Below the pieces are notes generated by a model, which was given only the letters and a program-made list of their open reading frames with translations, ran no database searches and was not told the DNA's origin. Source: Heterodontus francisci (lineage: Eukaryota). Taken from it: DNA of 64,000 nucleotides. Both the position numbers and the translations under genes were made by a program. Location of the stretch: assembly GCF_036365525.1 (NCBI RefSeq), contig NC_090387.1:76321300-76385299 (forward strand), written 5' to 3'. Of this stretch, positions 24,841 through 38,479 are shown piece after piece; positions within the stretch are counted from its first letter, which is position 1; every line of letters begins with the position of its first letter.

Positions 24841-26184
24841 AGAGAGGCTCTGGATCGGCGCAGGCTTGGAGGGCCGAAGGGCCTGTTCCTGTGCTGTAAT
24901 TATCTTTGTTCTTTGTTCTTTGTTCTATCATATAAAATCAGCCAATGGCATTTTCAAATTGCACAGGACATACTGAACCATCAGCAAAACCACTGAATTT
25001 GATCTATCAGCTTTGATCTGTTAACCTTCCATAATCTCAATGCTAAAACCAAAATATTGGGTTCATTTGCTCAGTGTATGCACTGTTGTAATTTCTGCCC
25101 CTTCTGACTGCGATTGCTGTTGTCCTAGGGCGGGACTCCGATGAAATTTGATGAAATGAGGCCCGCCTGTTAAATTTGACTGGGCCTCAACATCTCCATT
25201 GTTACCGAGTGCGTTGCCTGCTTCGGCGCTTGTGCACAATGTTTCTGACACCCCCTGCTTAAAATTGGAGCCATACTGTGAAGTTCGTGCATGTTAGTGT
25301 CACTTCAACAAGGTACCACAGGCAACCCAGTCTCCAGCACTGTCTTCCAGCATGAGTTAGTACTTCCAGAAGAATGAATAAATGTAAATATATATATATA
25401 TAAAACGTCATTAGAAAATCCTTCAAGATAACAGAGGGGACACAATTTCTATGTATTATATTTTAATGTTGACTATGATCCAGGGTGGAATGTCCAATCA
25501 GAAATGCTGTGGAAAACCTTTGCTGCATAGTCTTAATTCTTTTTTTTCTGTTGTTCCTAGTTGGGACATTTTAGTCTACATAAAACGTATTTTAAAGAAA
25601 TTTCAGAGCAGCTGATAAAAAGGATTATAAACAAGTTACCTGTTCTTCCTGAACACTTCTCTTCCCTCCTTTTCTCCTTTGCCTAGCAGAGAATAAATTC
25701 ATATCAAATGACATGACAAACAAATTCTCTGGCAGATAGGGATGGGTAGAACAGCAGATTGCTTTTCAATGTACCATTGCGTTTGAACTAAACGAATTAA
25801 TGGAAATATCTCAGTTACACAATCTAATAGAACCGCATTATGAATGTAAATGACAGTGCCATATGCTTCATTTCACTTAATAGATCCGAATGAGCAAATA
25901 AAATATATCAATTTTCAAGTCAGATGCCTATGAAATACAACCAGAATTTTTCACTGCCAATTATTGCCTGCTCACCAGAAATCAAATTTAAACGTCAATT
26001 CAGAACAATCTGACTAATATCAGTTGCCAAAATAAATTCGTCTCAGTATAATTACTGTATTCAGTTGCAACTATGGGTGAAATAAAATGATCTCAATTAT
26101 GAATTAATGCAACTGGATTTAGTTACTTACTAACGTGCCTTGATTGTTTACCTATCAAATTACCTTCAACATAACCAGCAGATT

Positions 26185-26608
26185 TCAAATATAGATCATG
26201 ACGGTAGGCGAGAGTAATCCCCAATATCTAGATTGTGAGGGTAGATGAGAGTGATCCCTAATACCTAGATTGTGAGGGTAGGCGAGAGTGATCCCTAATA
26301 TCTAGATCATGAGCGTGGACGAGAGTGATTCCCAATATCTAGATCATGAGGGTAGATGAGAGTGATACCCACTATCTAGAGCATGAGGGTATACGAGAGT
26401 AATCCCGAACATCTAGATCATGAGGGTACATGAGGGTGATCCCTGATATCTAGATCGTGAGGATGGATGAGAGTGATCCCTGATATCTAGATCATGTGGG
26501 ATAATGATAGTGATAGCTAATATCTAGATCGTGAGGGAAGGCGAGAGTGATTCCTAATATATCGATCATGATAGTAGATGACAGTGAACCCCAATATCTA
26601 GATCGCGA
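26185..26608. repeat. Minisatellite, 37-bp unit, about 11 copies
   Basis: Consensus about CTAGATCATGAGGGTAGATGAGAGTGATCCCTAATAT; CTAGA recurs at 26228, 26265 and onward. Confidence 0.92.
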
Positions 26609-26609
26609 G

Positions 26610-27028
26610 TGTTGGCAGATATAAGAAATGTAAACGATTTTAAGCAAGTAAAGCGGGGGTGGGGCAAGAGATAACAAAAGAGAAGGTGTTGATAGGACAG
26701 GGTCACAGAGAATAACTGACCAGAAGGTCATGGAGGAAAGGCAACCTGTATGTTAATGGTGTGCTGAAAGACAAAGCATTAGTACAGACAGGGTGTTAAT
26801 GGACTGATAACTGAAGAGCCGCAAGCACAAACATGAAAAAAACACAATGGGTAGGCACAGATCTTATATACATTTCTTATATCTGCCAGTTCTGAAGAAG
26901 GGTCACTGACCTGAAATGTTAACTCTGCTTCTCCCTCCACAGCTGCTGCCAGACCTGCTGAGTATTTCCAGCGTTTCTTGTTTTCATTTCAGATTTCCAG
27001 CATCTGCAGTATTTTGCTTTTATTTTAG
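26610..27028. mobile_element. Penelope-like fragment with an inverted pseudo-LTR piece
   Basis: TGGCAGATATAAGAAATGTA at about 26612 is the inverted repeat of TACATTTCTTATATCTGCCA at about 26869, followed by a hammerhead motif and the shared tail. Confidence 0.65.
26888..26924 (+). ncRNA. Hammerhead-like motif variant
   Basis: AGTT-CTGAAGA-A-GGGTC-ACT-GACCT-GAAA-T-GTT-AACT; the stem III palindrome is broken by a C>T change. Confidence 0.5.
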
Positions 27029-28239
27029 AAGCAGTCTTTGTGCATTCATTCAGCTGACTATACTAGAGAGAGCTTGCAGCTCAAGCTGCATATACTTTAG
27101 ATTGAAATAATTATTGCAATACAGTGGTAACACTCTCCCCTGTGAGTCTCACTCCAGAGACTTCAACGCATAATCTAGGCTGACACTCTAATGCCGTACT
27201 GAAGTAGTGCTGCACAGTCGTTGGTGTCCCTTTCGGATGAGCCATTAAAACATGACTCCTTCTTCCCTCGCAAGTGGATGTAAATGATCCCACTAGACAA
27301 TTAGAAGAGGAACAGGGAGTTCATAGTTTCCTAGCTATTAATTTCTCGTCTAACAATACTAAACAAAAAATGATTATTTGGTAGTTATCACATTGCTTTT
27401 AATGGCACCCTGCTGTGCACGAACTTGTTCATTTCCTACACAGTGCCTGCACTTCAAAAAGTACTTCATTGGCTGCAAAATGGTTTGGTGGGTGGAGGGG
27501 GTGGTCCCAAGGTAATGTAAGGCGCTATATAAAGATGCTTTCTTTTCTACAAATTATGCCTTTTCACGTTCCAGATGCGATGGGTATTTTTCAGTGATGT
27601 TGATATGCAACACAAATACCGCCATCTTAACTATAGCGGCCATGAGTTAAAGGCTGGGCAATTTGCTGACTGTGATGGATTAGATCGCACCTATCGATAA
27701 GAAAGACCACAAATACTGAATTGCTGAATTATTTTTGGGTGAAGAAACGATTGGGGGCTATAAGGGATGGTGAGGGATTTTATGTAAACTTTGGGACAGA
27801 CTCAACATTCTCTTCATTTCCTCTACCTTTCTATGTTTTTAAATCCACCGAAGACTACTGCAGTGAGATACTCATTTTAACACAATCTGAGACAGACAAT
27901 TTTAAAGGAAGAAATACACAATTAACTAACAGGATATGCAACTAGTTGCAACAATCATAAAATAAAGACTTCTGCCTTTAATTTTGATCTAAGTAATTAT
28001 TTTGAAAGTTTAGGAATGATATTGCAGCAATAAAGCCACTCCTGAGCAATTTTATTCCCAAAACACCGATGAGAGCCTCCATTCCTGGAGTGTGTTTTTT
28101 TTAACCGAGACATCATAAACCATGGGTCTCTTTGTCTCTTCAGGTGGACATAAAAAATCCCATGCCACATAAAGGTCTCCTGCTGTTCTGACTACATTGT
28201 TCCCTCAACCAGCATTATTATTTGCAGATTATCTGGTCT

Positions 28240-28470
28240 TTTATCTCTTTACACAGAGAGTGGTGGGTGCGTGGAATGTACTGCCAGCGGTGGTAGTAGA
28301 AGCAGATACATTAGGGACATTTAAGCGACTCTTGGATAGGTACATGGATGATAGTAGAATGAATGGTATGTAGGTAGTTCGATCTTAGGGTAGGTTAAAG
28401 GGTCGGCACAACATCGTGGGCCGAAGGGCCTGTACTGTGCTGTACTTTTCTATGTTCTATGTTCTATGCT
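28240..28470 (+). mobile_element. CR1 3'-end fragment
   Basis: Encodes FTQRVV, then GGCCGAAGGGCC and a (TTCTATG)n tail. Confidence 0.85.
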
Positions 28471-29369
28471 ATTCGTGTGAACTTTCAGTTTGCCAATTGC
28501 CAGCCATTTTTCTCCATATTACAACAGTGACAACACTTCAAAAGTAAAACATTGGGAACATCTCGATGTGAAAACCACTGTACATATACTGTTTATCAGT
28601 TTTATACTGTTGTTAGTGTGTTCTTGCTGTGTGCAAATTTGCTTCTAGTTTTGCCTATTTCAAAAGCAATGAGTATGAGGCGCTTTGGGACATTTCATAA
28701 GCGAGGTAATGAGGTGCTATAAATGCATGCAAGTCGCTCTTTCTCTCATAATAGTGGCATATCGGAAACCCTGCAAACTTGATGGGAATTTGGAATTTAC
28801 CAGGCATTTCTGGAAGTTAGAGAATTAAATAGTATGCATATTATTAGGATGGGTGAGTCACGGGGTCATCGTAAGTGTTGCAGGACTAAGCTGCAAAGTT
28901 GTTTTCCACGGAAAACTATTACCACTTCACAATGTGAATCTAGAGCCAGGACTCAAAAGGAATCCAGAACAATGGACGGGAGTTCCACTTCTGGGTCTTG
29001 AGTTCCAGGCGATTTGACATCACTACCCTTTACACAGCATCTCCAGGGCTGAGACAGCCAGCTATGGTACCAGAGGACATTGGAAGCGGCCCGTTGTTTG
29101 CCTTTTTACAGAAAGTAACTGTCTAAGCGACAAGGAGCGATAAGTACCTTATAGCACAATCCCGCATCATATTGATGGTGCTCTGGCCAATATTCATCCC
29201 TCAACCAACTTCAATAAAACAAGTTGTTTGGTGATTATAATGTTTCTGTTTGTGGAAAGTTGCTGTGCGCAATATGGCTGCCACCTGACAACAGTGACAA
29301 CAGATCAAATGGACTGAATTGGCCGTAAAGCGCATTGGGAGTTGGGTCTTCAAACGGTCGTGAAATATG

Positions 29370-29601
29370 TTTAGTTTACTTTAGAGATACAGCACTAAAA
29401 CAGGCCCTTCGGACCACAGAGTCTGTGCCGACCATCAACCTCTCATTTTATACTAATCCTACACTAATCCCATATTCCTACCACATCCCCACCTGTCCCT
29501 ATATTTCCCTACCACCTACCTACACTAGGGGCAATTCACAATGGCCAACCAACCTACCAACCCGCAAGTCTTTTGGCTGTGGGAGGAAACCTGAGCACCC
29601 G
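29370..29601 (-). mobile_element. HE1-type SINE, 5'-truncated
   Basis: Reverse complement of the HE1 body and tail. Confidence 0.85.
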
Positions 29602-31231
29602 CTGTGTCAATACAAGTTATTTCGCTAATTTTACGACCGCTACTTTGTTTTACAACAAGGCCATCTATCCATTCAAATATATTATCTAATATACTGGATG
29701 ACATTACGCATAATGAGATGTTTCTGAACTACAACGTTAATTGCCTATTACAGCTGAAAAGGAGCGTCAATTTTTCCAAATGGTCGCTCCCTTGATGTAA
29801 CCTATTTCATGTTGAGAGTGTGGCATACAGAGCGATATTTCTACTGATCTTATCGATTTTTTAGTGATTACCGCCAAAAATCATAAATGGTTCACTCTAC
29901 GGCATTCTCGCAGAAAGAGCTCCATATCTCTGAAGTTAATTACATTTAACATTGACATTTAGCTGATATCGTGATAATTGCAAAGCACTTCAGTTTTCAG
30001 AATCAGCATGTCGGGGTATCGCTAAACACACACATCGCAGAACAACTACAGAAATGTTTGGTTGCGAGATTTCAAATACGTTTCCTAAATGATACTTCTT
30101 TTGAACGTCGAACCAGGTAACGCAAGCACTGTGCAACTTGCATGGCCTGAGACGGGCGCAAGCACTAACCACAAATTGTTTCCATTATGCCACTAGCAGA
30201 GTCACCTTGCAGTTCTATTCTCCCAGTGTTTGCAATTTCCCATCAGCTCAAAGTACGAGTGCACTTTGTGGTAAATGATTAGCTAAATGAAGAAATCAGC
30301 TTCAAGATGAGATTTTTTTAAAATAGAAAAGCTGCAAATGTTCATACTTGAGCAAATGCAATCGCGTATTACAAACTGAAATCTAAAATAGATGTCTCTG
30401 TGGCGAGAACCCTTCATCAGAATGGAAGATGTTACAGATAGGAAGCATTTAAAAAGGAGCAGAACAAATGGAAAGGGGAGGCAAACCCACACATAAAGAC
30501 ACGTACACAGACACACAAACACTTACCATACATGTCGCATTTGTATAGCGCCTTCAACGTAGAAAACTAACAAAAAGCGCTTCATAGGGAACAATAACAA
30601 ACAAAGTTTAACACTGAACCAGGCACTAAAGTTCTCTCTCTAAACGTCCTGATTCTGCATTTTCTCTCTAATAACATTGTTGTTTAAAGCTACGTCTTTG
30701 ATTAAGTTTCCGAATGCATCTTTCTTTGACTGGATGTATTTTTCTTTTTGGTTAGGCCTTTGGAAATCACTTTAGGATGTCTTTTTACTTTAAAGGCTTT
30801 ATAAGAATACTAGTCGTCATGTGTGTCTTCCTCTTTATTTTTCCAGTTCTGTTGCAGGGTTATGACAAAACTATTAATTTATCCGTTCTCTTGGGAGATG
30901 TTGATCGACTCACTGAGTATTTCCAACATGTTCTGTTTTACATTACATAGAATTACATGGAGGCCATTCGCCCCAACTGGTCTATGCTGTTATTTATGCT
31001 CTCATGAGCGTCCTCCCACTACTTTTCATCTATCCTTATCAGCATATCGTTTTATTTCTTTTTCCTTCATATGCATATCAAGCTCCCCATTTGAATCCAT
31101 CTATGCAATTCATCTCAACCACTCAATTTTCTATTCATTGGGTCAAAGTTTCTCCTGAATTTCCTTTTGGGTTTATTTATGACTCTCTTATATTTCTAGT
31201 TCTGAACTCGCTCACAAGTTGAAACAATTTC

Positions 31232-33600
31232 ATAGAGTCATAGAGTTTACAACACAAAAACAGCCCTTTCGCCCACCCAGTCTGTGTCGGCCATCAAGCA
31301 CCTATCTATGTTAATCTCATTTTCCAGCACTTGGCCCATAGCCTTGTATGCTATGGCGTTTCAAGTGCTCATCTAAATACGTCTTAAATGTTGTGAGGGT
31401 TCCTGCCTCTACCACCTCGTCAGGCAGTGTGTGCCAGATTCCAATCACCCTCTGGGCGAAACAATTTTTCCTCAATCCCCTCTAAACCTCCTGCCCCTTA
31501 CCTTAAATATATTCCCCCTGGTTATTGACCCCTCCGCGAAGGGAAAAAGTTTCTTCCTTTCTATCCTATTAATGCCCCTCATAATTTTGTATACTTCAAT
31601 TATGTTGCCCTCAGCCTTCTCTGCTCTAAGGAAAAAAAAAACTAACCTATCCAGTCTCCCTTCATAGCTGATATGCTCCAGCCCAGGCAACATCCTGGTG
31701 AATCTCCTCTGCACCCTCTCCAGTGCAATCACATTCTTCCTGTATTGTGGTGACCAGAACTGTACACAGTACTCCAGCTGTGGCCTAACTAGCGTTTTAT
31801 ACAGCTGCATCAGAACCTCCCTGCTCTTAGATTCTCTGCCTCGGCTAAGAAACGCAAGTATCCCAGTGATCTATGGACAGGTACACCAAGGTCCCTCTGA
31901 CCCTCTGTACCTCCTAGGGTCCTATCATCCATTGTATATTTCCTTGCCTTGTTAGTTCTCCCAAAATGCATCACCTCACACTTCTCAGGATTAAATTCCA
32001 TTTGCCACTGCTCGGCCCATCTTACCAGCCCATGTATATTGTCCTGGAATCTAAGGGGTTTCTTCTCACTATTTATGACACCACCAATTTTCATGGTATC
32101 TGCGAACTTACTGATCATACCTCCTGTATTCACGTCTAAATCATTAATGTACACTACAAACCGCAAGGGCCCCAGCAACGATCCCTATGGTACACCACTG
32201 GTCACAGGCTTCCACTTGCAAAAACAACCCTCGACCATCACCCTCTGCCTTCTGCCACTATGCCAATTTTGGATACAATTTGCCAAATTGCCCTGGATCC
32301 CATTGATTCTCACCTTCTTAACCAATCTCTTATGCAGGACCCTATCAAAAGCCTTACTGAAGTCCTTGTAGACTACATGAACTGCTTTACCCTCATCGAC
32401 ACATCTAGTCACCTCATCAAAAAATTCAATCAAGTTTGTTAGATATGATCTCCCCCTGACAAAGCCATGCTGACTATCCTTGATTAATCGCTGCCTCTCC
32501 AAGGGGAGATTAATCCTGTCTCTCAGAATTTTTTTCCAATACTTTTCCTACCACTGATGTTAGACTGACTGGCCTGTAATTCCCTGGTTTATCCCTGCTA
32601 CCCTTCTTGAATAATGCTGCCACATTCGCTGTCCTTCAGTTCTCTGCTACTTTTCCTGTGGCCAGAGAGGATTTGAAAATTTGAGTCAGAGCCGCTGCTA
32701 TCTCCTCCCTTGCCTCACATAAGACCATGCGACACATTTCATCTAGGCCTGGGGATTTATCCACTTTTAAGCTCGCTAAAGCAGCTAAGACTTTCTCCCT
32801 TTCAATGCTAATTTGTTCCAGCATATCACAATCCCCTCCCTGATCTCTACACCTACATTGTCCTTCTCCATTGTGAACTCAGATGAAAAATAATCATTTA
32901 AAACTTCAGCTATGTCCTCTGGCTCCACGCAGAGATTACCACTTGGGTCCCCAATTGGCCCTAGTCTCTCTCTGGTTATATCCTCTTGCACTTAATATAT
33001 TTATAAAACGCCTTGGGATTTTCCTTTATCTTGCCCGCCAGTGTTTTTCATCTCCCTGCTTCGCTCTCCTAATTATTTTTAAGTACCTTCCACTTTCTAT
33101 ACTCCTCTAGGGCCTCCGCGCTTTTCAGCGCTCGGAATCTGCCATAAGCCTCCTTTTTCTCCGTATCCAATCCTCTATATCCCTTGACATCCAGGATTCC
33201 CTGGACTTGTTGGTCCTACCCTTCACCTTTACCGGAATATATTGGCCCTGAACTCTCACTATTTCCTTTTTGAATGACTCCCAATGGTCTGATGCAAACT
33301 TTCCTACAAGTAGCTGCCCCCGGTAAACTTTGGACAGATGCTGTTTTATTTTACTGAAATCGGCCTTCCACCAATTCAATAATTCTATTTCCGGCCCCTC
33401 TTTGTCTTTTTCCATAACTACCTTAAATCCTACAGAGTTATGGTCACTATCACCGCAACGCTCTCCCATTGACACTTCTGCCACTTGTCCGGCTTCATTT
33501 CCGAGGATTAGGTCCAGTACTGCCCCTACACTTGTAGAACTTTCTCCGTGCTGGCTCAAAAAGCTCTCCTGTATGCACTTTAAGAATTGCACCCCCTTTC
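31232..33600 (-). mobile_element. 5'-truncated degenerate CR1 LINE
   Basis: ORF2 fragments 31472-33592 from the end of the endonuclease through RT. Confidence 0.92.
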
Positions 33601-34200
33601 TCTAGGTTCACCCTATCAAACACATTCATAATTTCAAAGACCTCGATCAGGTCCCCCCTCAGCTTTCCCTTTTCTTGAGAAAACAACCTCAGATTGTTTA
33701 GCCTTTCCTGATAAGTCTATTTTCTCAGTTCTGGTATTATCCCTGTGGTTATTTTTGCACTTTTTCCAGTGCCTGTATGTCCCTTTCATAATATGGAAAC
33801 TAGAAATGTGCACAGTGCTGCAAATGTGGTCTAATCAAGATTCAATACAAGTTTAACATAACTTTGCAGCTTTTTAATTCTATCTCTTTAGAAATTAACC
33901 CCAATACTTGGCTTACTTTCTCTTATCAAAATGCATTACTTTTAGTGATTCATGGATTTGTACTCCTAAATCACTTTCCCCCTCTACCTCATTTAGACTC
34001 TTATTGCCAAGCAGCATTTGTCTCCTTACTCTTCCTACCAAACTGCACCACCTCACACATCTATTTTGAAATTCAATTGCTAATTACATACCCACTGAGC
34101 AAGTTTATTACTGTCTTGTTGTATTTTGTAGCATTCTTCCTCAGTATTAATCATAGCCCCCATTTTGGTGTCACCGCAAGTTTTGGTTGTGCTACTGATT
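33600..34200 (-). mobile_element. Older CR1 RT fragment
   Basis: KLRGDLIEVFEIM and further degenerate RT C-terminal similarity. Confidence 0.7.
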
Positions 34201-34379
34201 TCTGAGATTTGGCTTCAAATTTCCAACAGTTCATTTTTTTTTTACGTGGTCATGATGCTGAGGCGATGCGAGGCCAGGCTGACAAAGGACTGCAGTGTTT
34301 CTGTGAAGCCTGAACGGGCACCCTTGCTCTTTTCATCCATTGAAATCGACAACAAGGTGACATCGTTTTAAAATTAAAG

Positions 34380-34630
34380 CCAGGCCATTCACGAGTGAAA
34401 CCAGGAAGCACACAAAAACTCATAGAAAACTGGAACCCTCTCCCCAAAAGGCTGTGAATGCTTGGACAATTGGAAACTTTCAAGACTGAGATGGTAGATT
34501 TTTGTCAGTTAACAGCATCAAGAGATACAGAACGAAGGCAGGTAAATGGATTTGAGGTGCAGATCAGCCATGATCTAATTAAATGACGGATCAGGTTCCA
34601 GGGGCTGAATGGTCTATTCCTGTTCTTATG
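34380..34630 (+). mobile_element. CR1 3'-end fragment
   Basis: AGATCAGCCATGATCT..GGGGCTGAATGG 3'UTR pattern. Confidence 0.7.
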
Positions 34631-34746
34631 GCATGGCTACAGAAACTATTTAAAACCCTTCCACCTCATTAACGCTAATTTTCCAAAGTAATAATTTACC
34701 TTTGTTTCTCCGGATTTCAGGGCTCTCGCACAGATGTTACATGGGA

Positions 34747-34973
34747 TAAAAACAAGAAATGCTGGAACCACTCAGCAGGTCTGGCAGCATCTGTGGAAAG
34801 AGAAGCAGAGTTAACGTTTCGGGTCAGCGACCCTTCTTCGGAACAAGGGTCGCTGACCCGAAACGTTAACTCTGCTTCTCTTTCCACAGATGCTGCCAGA
34901 CCTGCTGAGTGGTTCCAGCATTTCTTGTTTTTATTTCAGATTTCCAGCATTCGCAGTATTTTGCTTTTATTTT
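34747..34973 (-). mobile_element. Palindromic Penelope-derived non-autonomous element; 14-bp TSD GATGTTACATGGGA
   Basis: About 90-bp near-perfect inverted arms; TSD at 34733-34746 and 34974-34987; near-identical to 51832-52054. Confidence 0.8.
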
Positions 34974-37949
34974 GATGTTACATGGGAGATCGGCAAACTT
35001 CTGCTCGAATTATTGGCTGAACATCTGTAGAACTGATTAACAGTACTGCAGATTAAACTAGGGTTTGAATTTTCTTGTGGGATGGTCAGCGCTAACGTCA
35101 ACGGTAAATCTGCGAATCCCTGGAAAAGTGCTGTCGATGGCATTTATCCTGCTTCTCCAGGGTTTCCGTCAATGTTTTGCCACAGTTATTGCGGGAAATC
35201 GGTAGAAACCTCCGCAGAAATGCCACGCAGTCAATTGAACGTCATTAATCTGCAATGGCGGCATTGGTCGTACTGCATAAATCACAATGTAAAGTCCTGG
35301 CATCCGTCTTATTCATCAGCCATTCATCTACAAATGCACTGGACTTCATATCCAGTTGAGAATGCGCATTTTTACTGTCAAATAGCTTTAGATTTATTGA
35401 ATTATGAAAGTGTTGAGGGCAAAATCATCAGATAATTGAGGAGAAACTATTGCATTCATTTTGGCGAGAGCGGTGCATTGCCCACTGCCCGATAATAGAG
35501 CGAACCTCTGTTGATGCCCTCAGTGTGCAGGTTGCATTCTGGAATCGGAAAGTGTGTGCGTGAGGGGGCGAGGCTGCAGCTCCACATCCTAGCATTTAAT
35601 ATGTATCTTCGTTCACTGGTACAATTGCTCAGGTGTGGAGGGTCACTAGGATAAGGTCAACGCTCCTTGGAAAAGGAGGGCCATTAAAGAAGTCCTAAGA
35701 GGAAGTTCCAAGGAAATCTTTGATCCGAGCCCCAAAGAAAGAGTCATTGATCCGGTCCTTAGAAGAGATCCACTGATCAGGTAGTGGAGGAAGTCACTAA
35801 TCAGATCCACCCATAAAGGGGGAATTTAGTTCCTAAAGGAGATTCATTCATCAACGCCTTTGAGAACAGTCATTCACCAGGTCTCGAGAGGACAGTGCCC
35901 AGAAAATATGTTACTTCTATCACTCAAACAAGTACCCCAGGTCAGAGAATATTAACAGCAATTAAAGTAAAGGACGCATGGGGAAATGATGCAAGTGGGA
36001 GTTATTGAATTAGCCGTCACTTACACGCCAGCCAGATTTTCATTTACTTCAATGGAAAGGAAAATCAGGCGCGGCTAATTCAGTATCAACCAGTTCACAG
36101 CATCGCCCAACGTTAGAATTACCTCCATGGACTCTAAAGTCTGCTGAATTGTAACTAGAAGCAATTTCATTTCCCATAATCTTATCGCTGATACCAAGGA
36201 CTTAACTTACACAATCACTTTGTTTAATATACATTGCACTGAAAATCTTTTATTGAATACATTCCATGACGATACAAACCGAAATAACCGATTTCAATGA
36301 AAAGCTGGCATGCGACATTATTAAATGTTTATTTCTTTGATTTTAAGCAGAAACTCGGCTCCAAAAGTTTGCAAAATATGTCCATGCTGTGATAAAATCA
36401 AAATTGTAATAGTCGTAATACAGCCCGTGGAGGCTGACAGCAACTATTTTAACTCGATACTCAGTGCTACAGGAAACATGTGACTTTGTACGACAGTGTA
36501 AAATGGATGATAGTGAGTCGGCAGCCCGTTTTACATCTCTCCCCATTTTTATTCCCATTGACCTGTACTCCCATTGAAATAAAACTCGGGAGAGATGTAA
36601 ACGGTGATGCCAACACCCATTTTGCACTATCTTACAAAGTAAAAATCTACCCCCATCGTACTTGAAAGTCATAACCTGTACAGAAATCCAGTCTTACAAC
36701 TTCGTTGGAGACAATGAAATCTTCCGCACAGTATGCCATATGTCAGTTGTTCCCTGCGTGACCTGCCAAAGAAGCACAACACTCGATACTGGAGTAATTA
36801 AAGCAAAATACTGCAGATGCTGGAAATCTGAAATAAAAACAGAAAGTGCTGGAAATACTCAACAGGTCAGGCAGCATCTGTGGAGGGAGATACTGGCCGT
36901 TGATTGAATTACTGATTACGTTGATCAATTACTACTTGCTCCCAGCCCCACCAATCTTACCCGCCCTCTCCCAAATGTACTGATATGCTTCGCTTCAATG
37001 TCCGCGGTACAGTCTCTGAGATCTTGCCCAAGTGGATAACTAGCAAGGGCAAGTTTAGACAGGAAAGGGTACAAAATCCTCCAGGGCGATAGCGAATTAT
37101 TTTTGAATTCTGCCTCATTCGCTTTTCTACAATGAAAGTAACAAATCGGGCAGAGCGTAAAACGGACCGTCGATTCGCGATGGCCCGAATCATGCTGCTG
37201 TCATTATGTTAGTAGAATTTTGAACTCAAGAGAGGTGGACATCACAGCCAAACATATCCTAAACACCACACGTGAAGTCTTTCCGAAGGAATCGCTGATA
37301 GGGACCGAGCGTTTGACCTGGCTGATTCCACCCTTCCTCGTCAAGATCTACGGAATTGGAATCTACTCCTCCTCCCCCCAACAACTCCCACCGCACCCCC
37401 CACCCCCACCCCGCCACCTGCAAAATCCGCTCATTAAGCATAGTCCTGGGATGGAATCTGAGACCTTCCTACTCTGTGCCTACAGCCTTTGACAACAGGA
37501 CTATTGGTTATTGGCTATGTTTAACCAGAAACATATTGGAAAATGCATTTCTTTCAACCTTTAATGTGCTTATCAGGTTATCCCCAGTCTAATAATAGCA
37601 GGATCATCAGCGCAAGTTCATTTTGCCGGTAAGCACGGTTGAATCAGACTCCAATCCAACTTTCAGGTTATCAATCAACAAACATCTGGCAGATTGAATC
37701 TATTGATCTTTGCAGACACGTTTTCCGCGCACCCAGGCCTAAACGTAAAATCTGGTTCTGAATATTTTACTGAATTGCTCAATATGTGTTGACCAAGCTG
37801 AACAGTCCGGATAACACACAGTGCGGAGGGACGTATCTGCTCTCGCTTGCTGTAGCCAAATCACGAACACTATTGAACAAAAATGCATTTACAATATCAC
37901 CAAACAAACATCAGAACAATTGTTCCTCATTTAAAGCAATTTGAGTACC

Positions 37950-38370
37950 AGCCGTGGCTCAGTTAATAGTACTCTGCTTATGTGGTACGCAGTTGTGAGT
38001 TCAGTTCTCGCTCCAGGGCTGGAATACACAAATCTAGGCTGACACTCCATGCTGCTGCACTGTCGGAGTTGCCTTCTTTCGGATGAAACAATAAACCGAA
38101 GCCTTTCTGCTCTCTCAGGTGGATTTAACAGCTCCCATGGTACTATTTTGCAGAAGAGTTATTCCTGGTGTCCTGGCCAATATTTATCCCACAACACAAA
38201 TTGCCTAGTCATTATCACTTTGCTGTTTGCGGAATCTTGCTGCGCGCAAATTGGCTTCTGGTTTTCCTACATTGCAAAAGTGATTACACTTTAAATGTAC
38301 TTCATTAGCTGTAAAGCGCTTTTGAAATGCCCGTGGTCGTGAAGGGCGCTATGTAAATGCAAGTTCTTTA
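37950..38370 (+). mobile_element. Old Deu-domain-type SINE remnant (related pieces at about 27120-27545, 46330-46720, 63700-64000)
   Basis: Degenerate tRNA-like head, GGCTGACACTCC..CTCAGGTGGAT body, TGTAAAGCGCTTT..GCGCTATGTAAATGCAAG tail. Confidence 0.55.
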
Positions 38371-38479
38371 CAAAATTGTTTTGAAACAATAATTGGCCCT
38401 GTAACCAAGCGGTTGGAGTTTACTCCCGTTTAATAACTAGGGGAAATTTCCTCTGGTTGCTATTTCTAGTGAAATTTTT

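Larger units (their letters stand above)
20620..24926 (+). mobile_element. Full-length CR1-clade (HER1-like) LINE with two intact ORFs
   Basis: About 320-nt 5'UTR, ORF1, ORF2, a 3'UTR stem GGCCGAAGGGCC and a (TTTGTTC)n tail. The 5' boundary is approximate. Confidence 0.95.

Noticed and set aside
26185-26608. CRISPR-like periodic array
   Set aside because: Contiguous 37-bp units with no unique spacers, no cas genes, vertebrate context.
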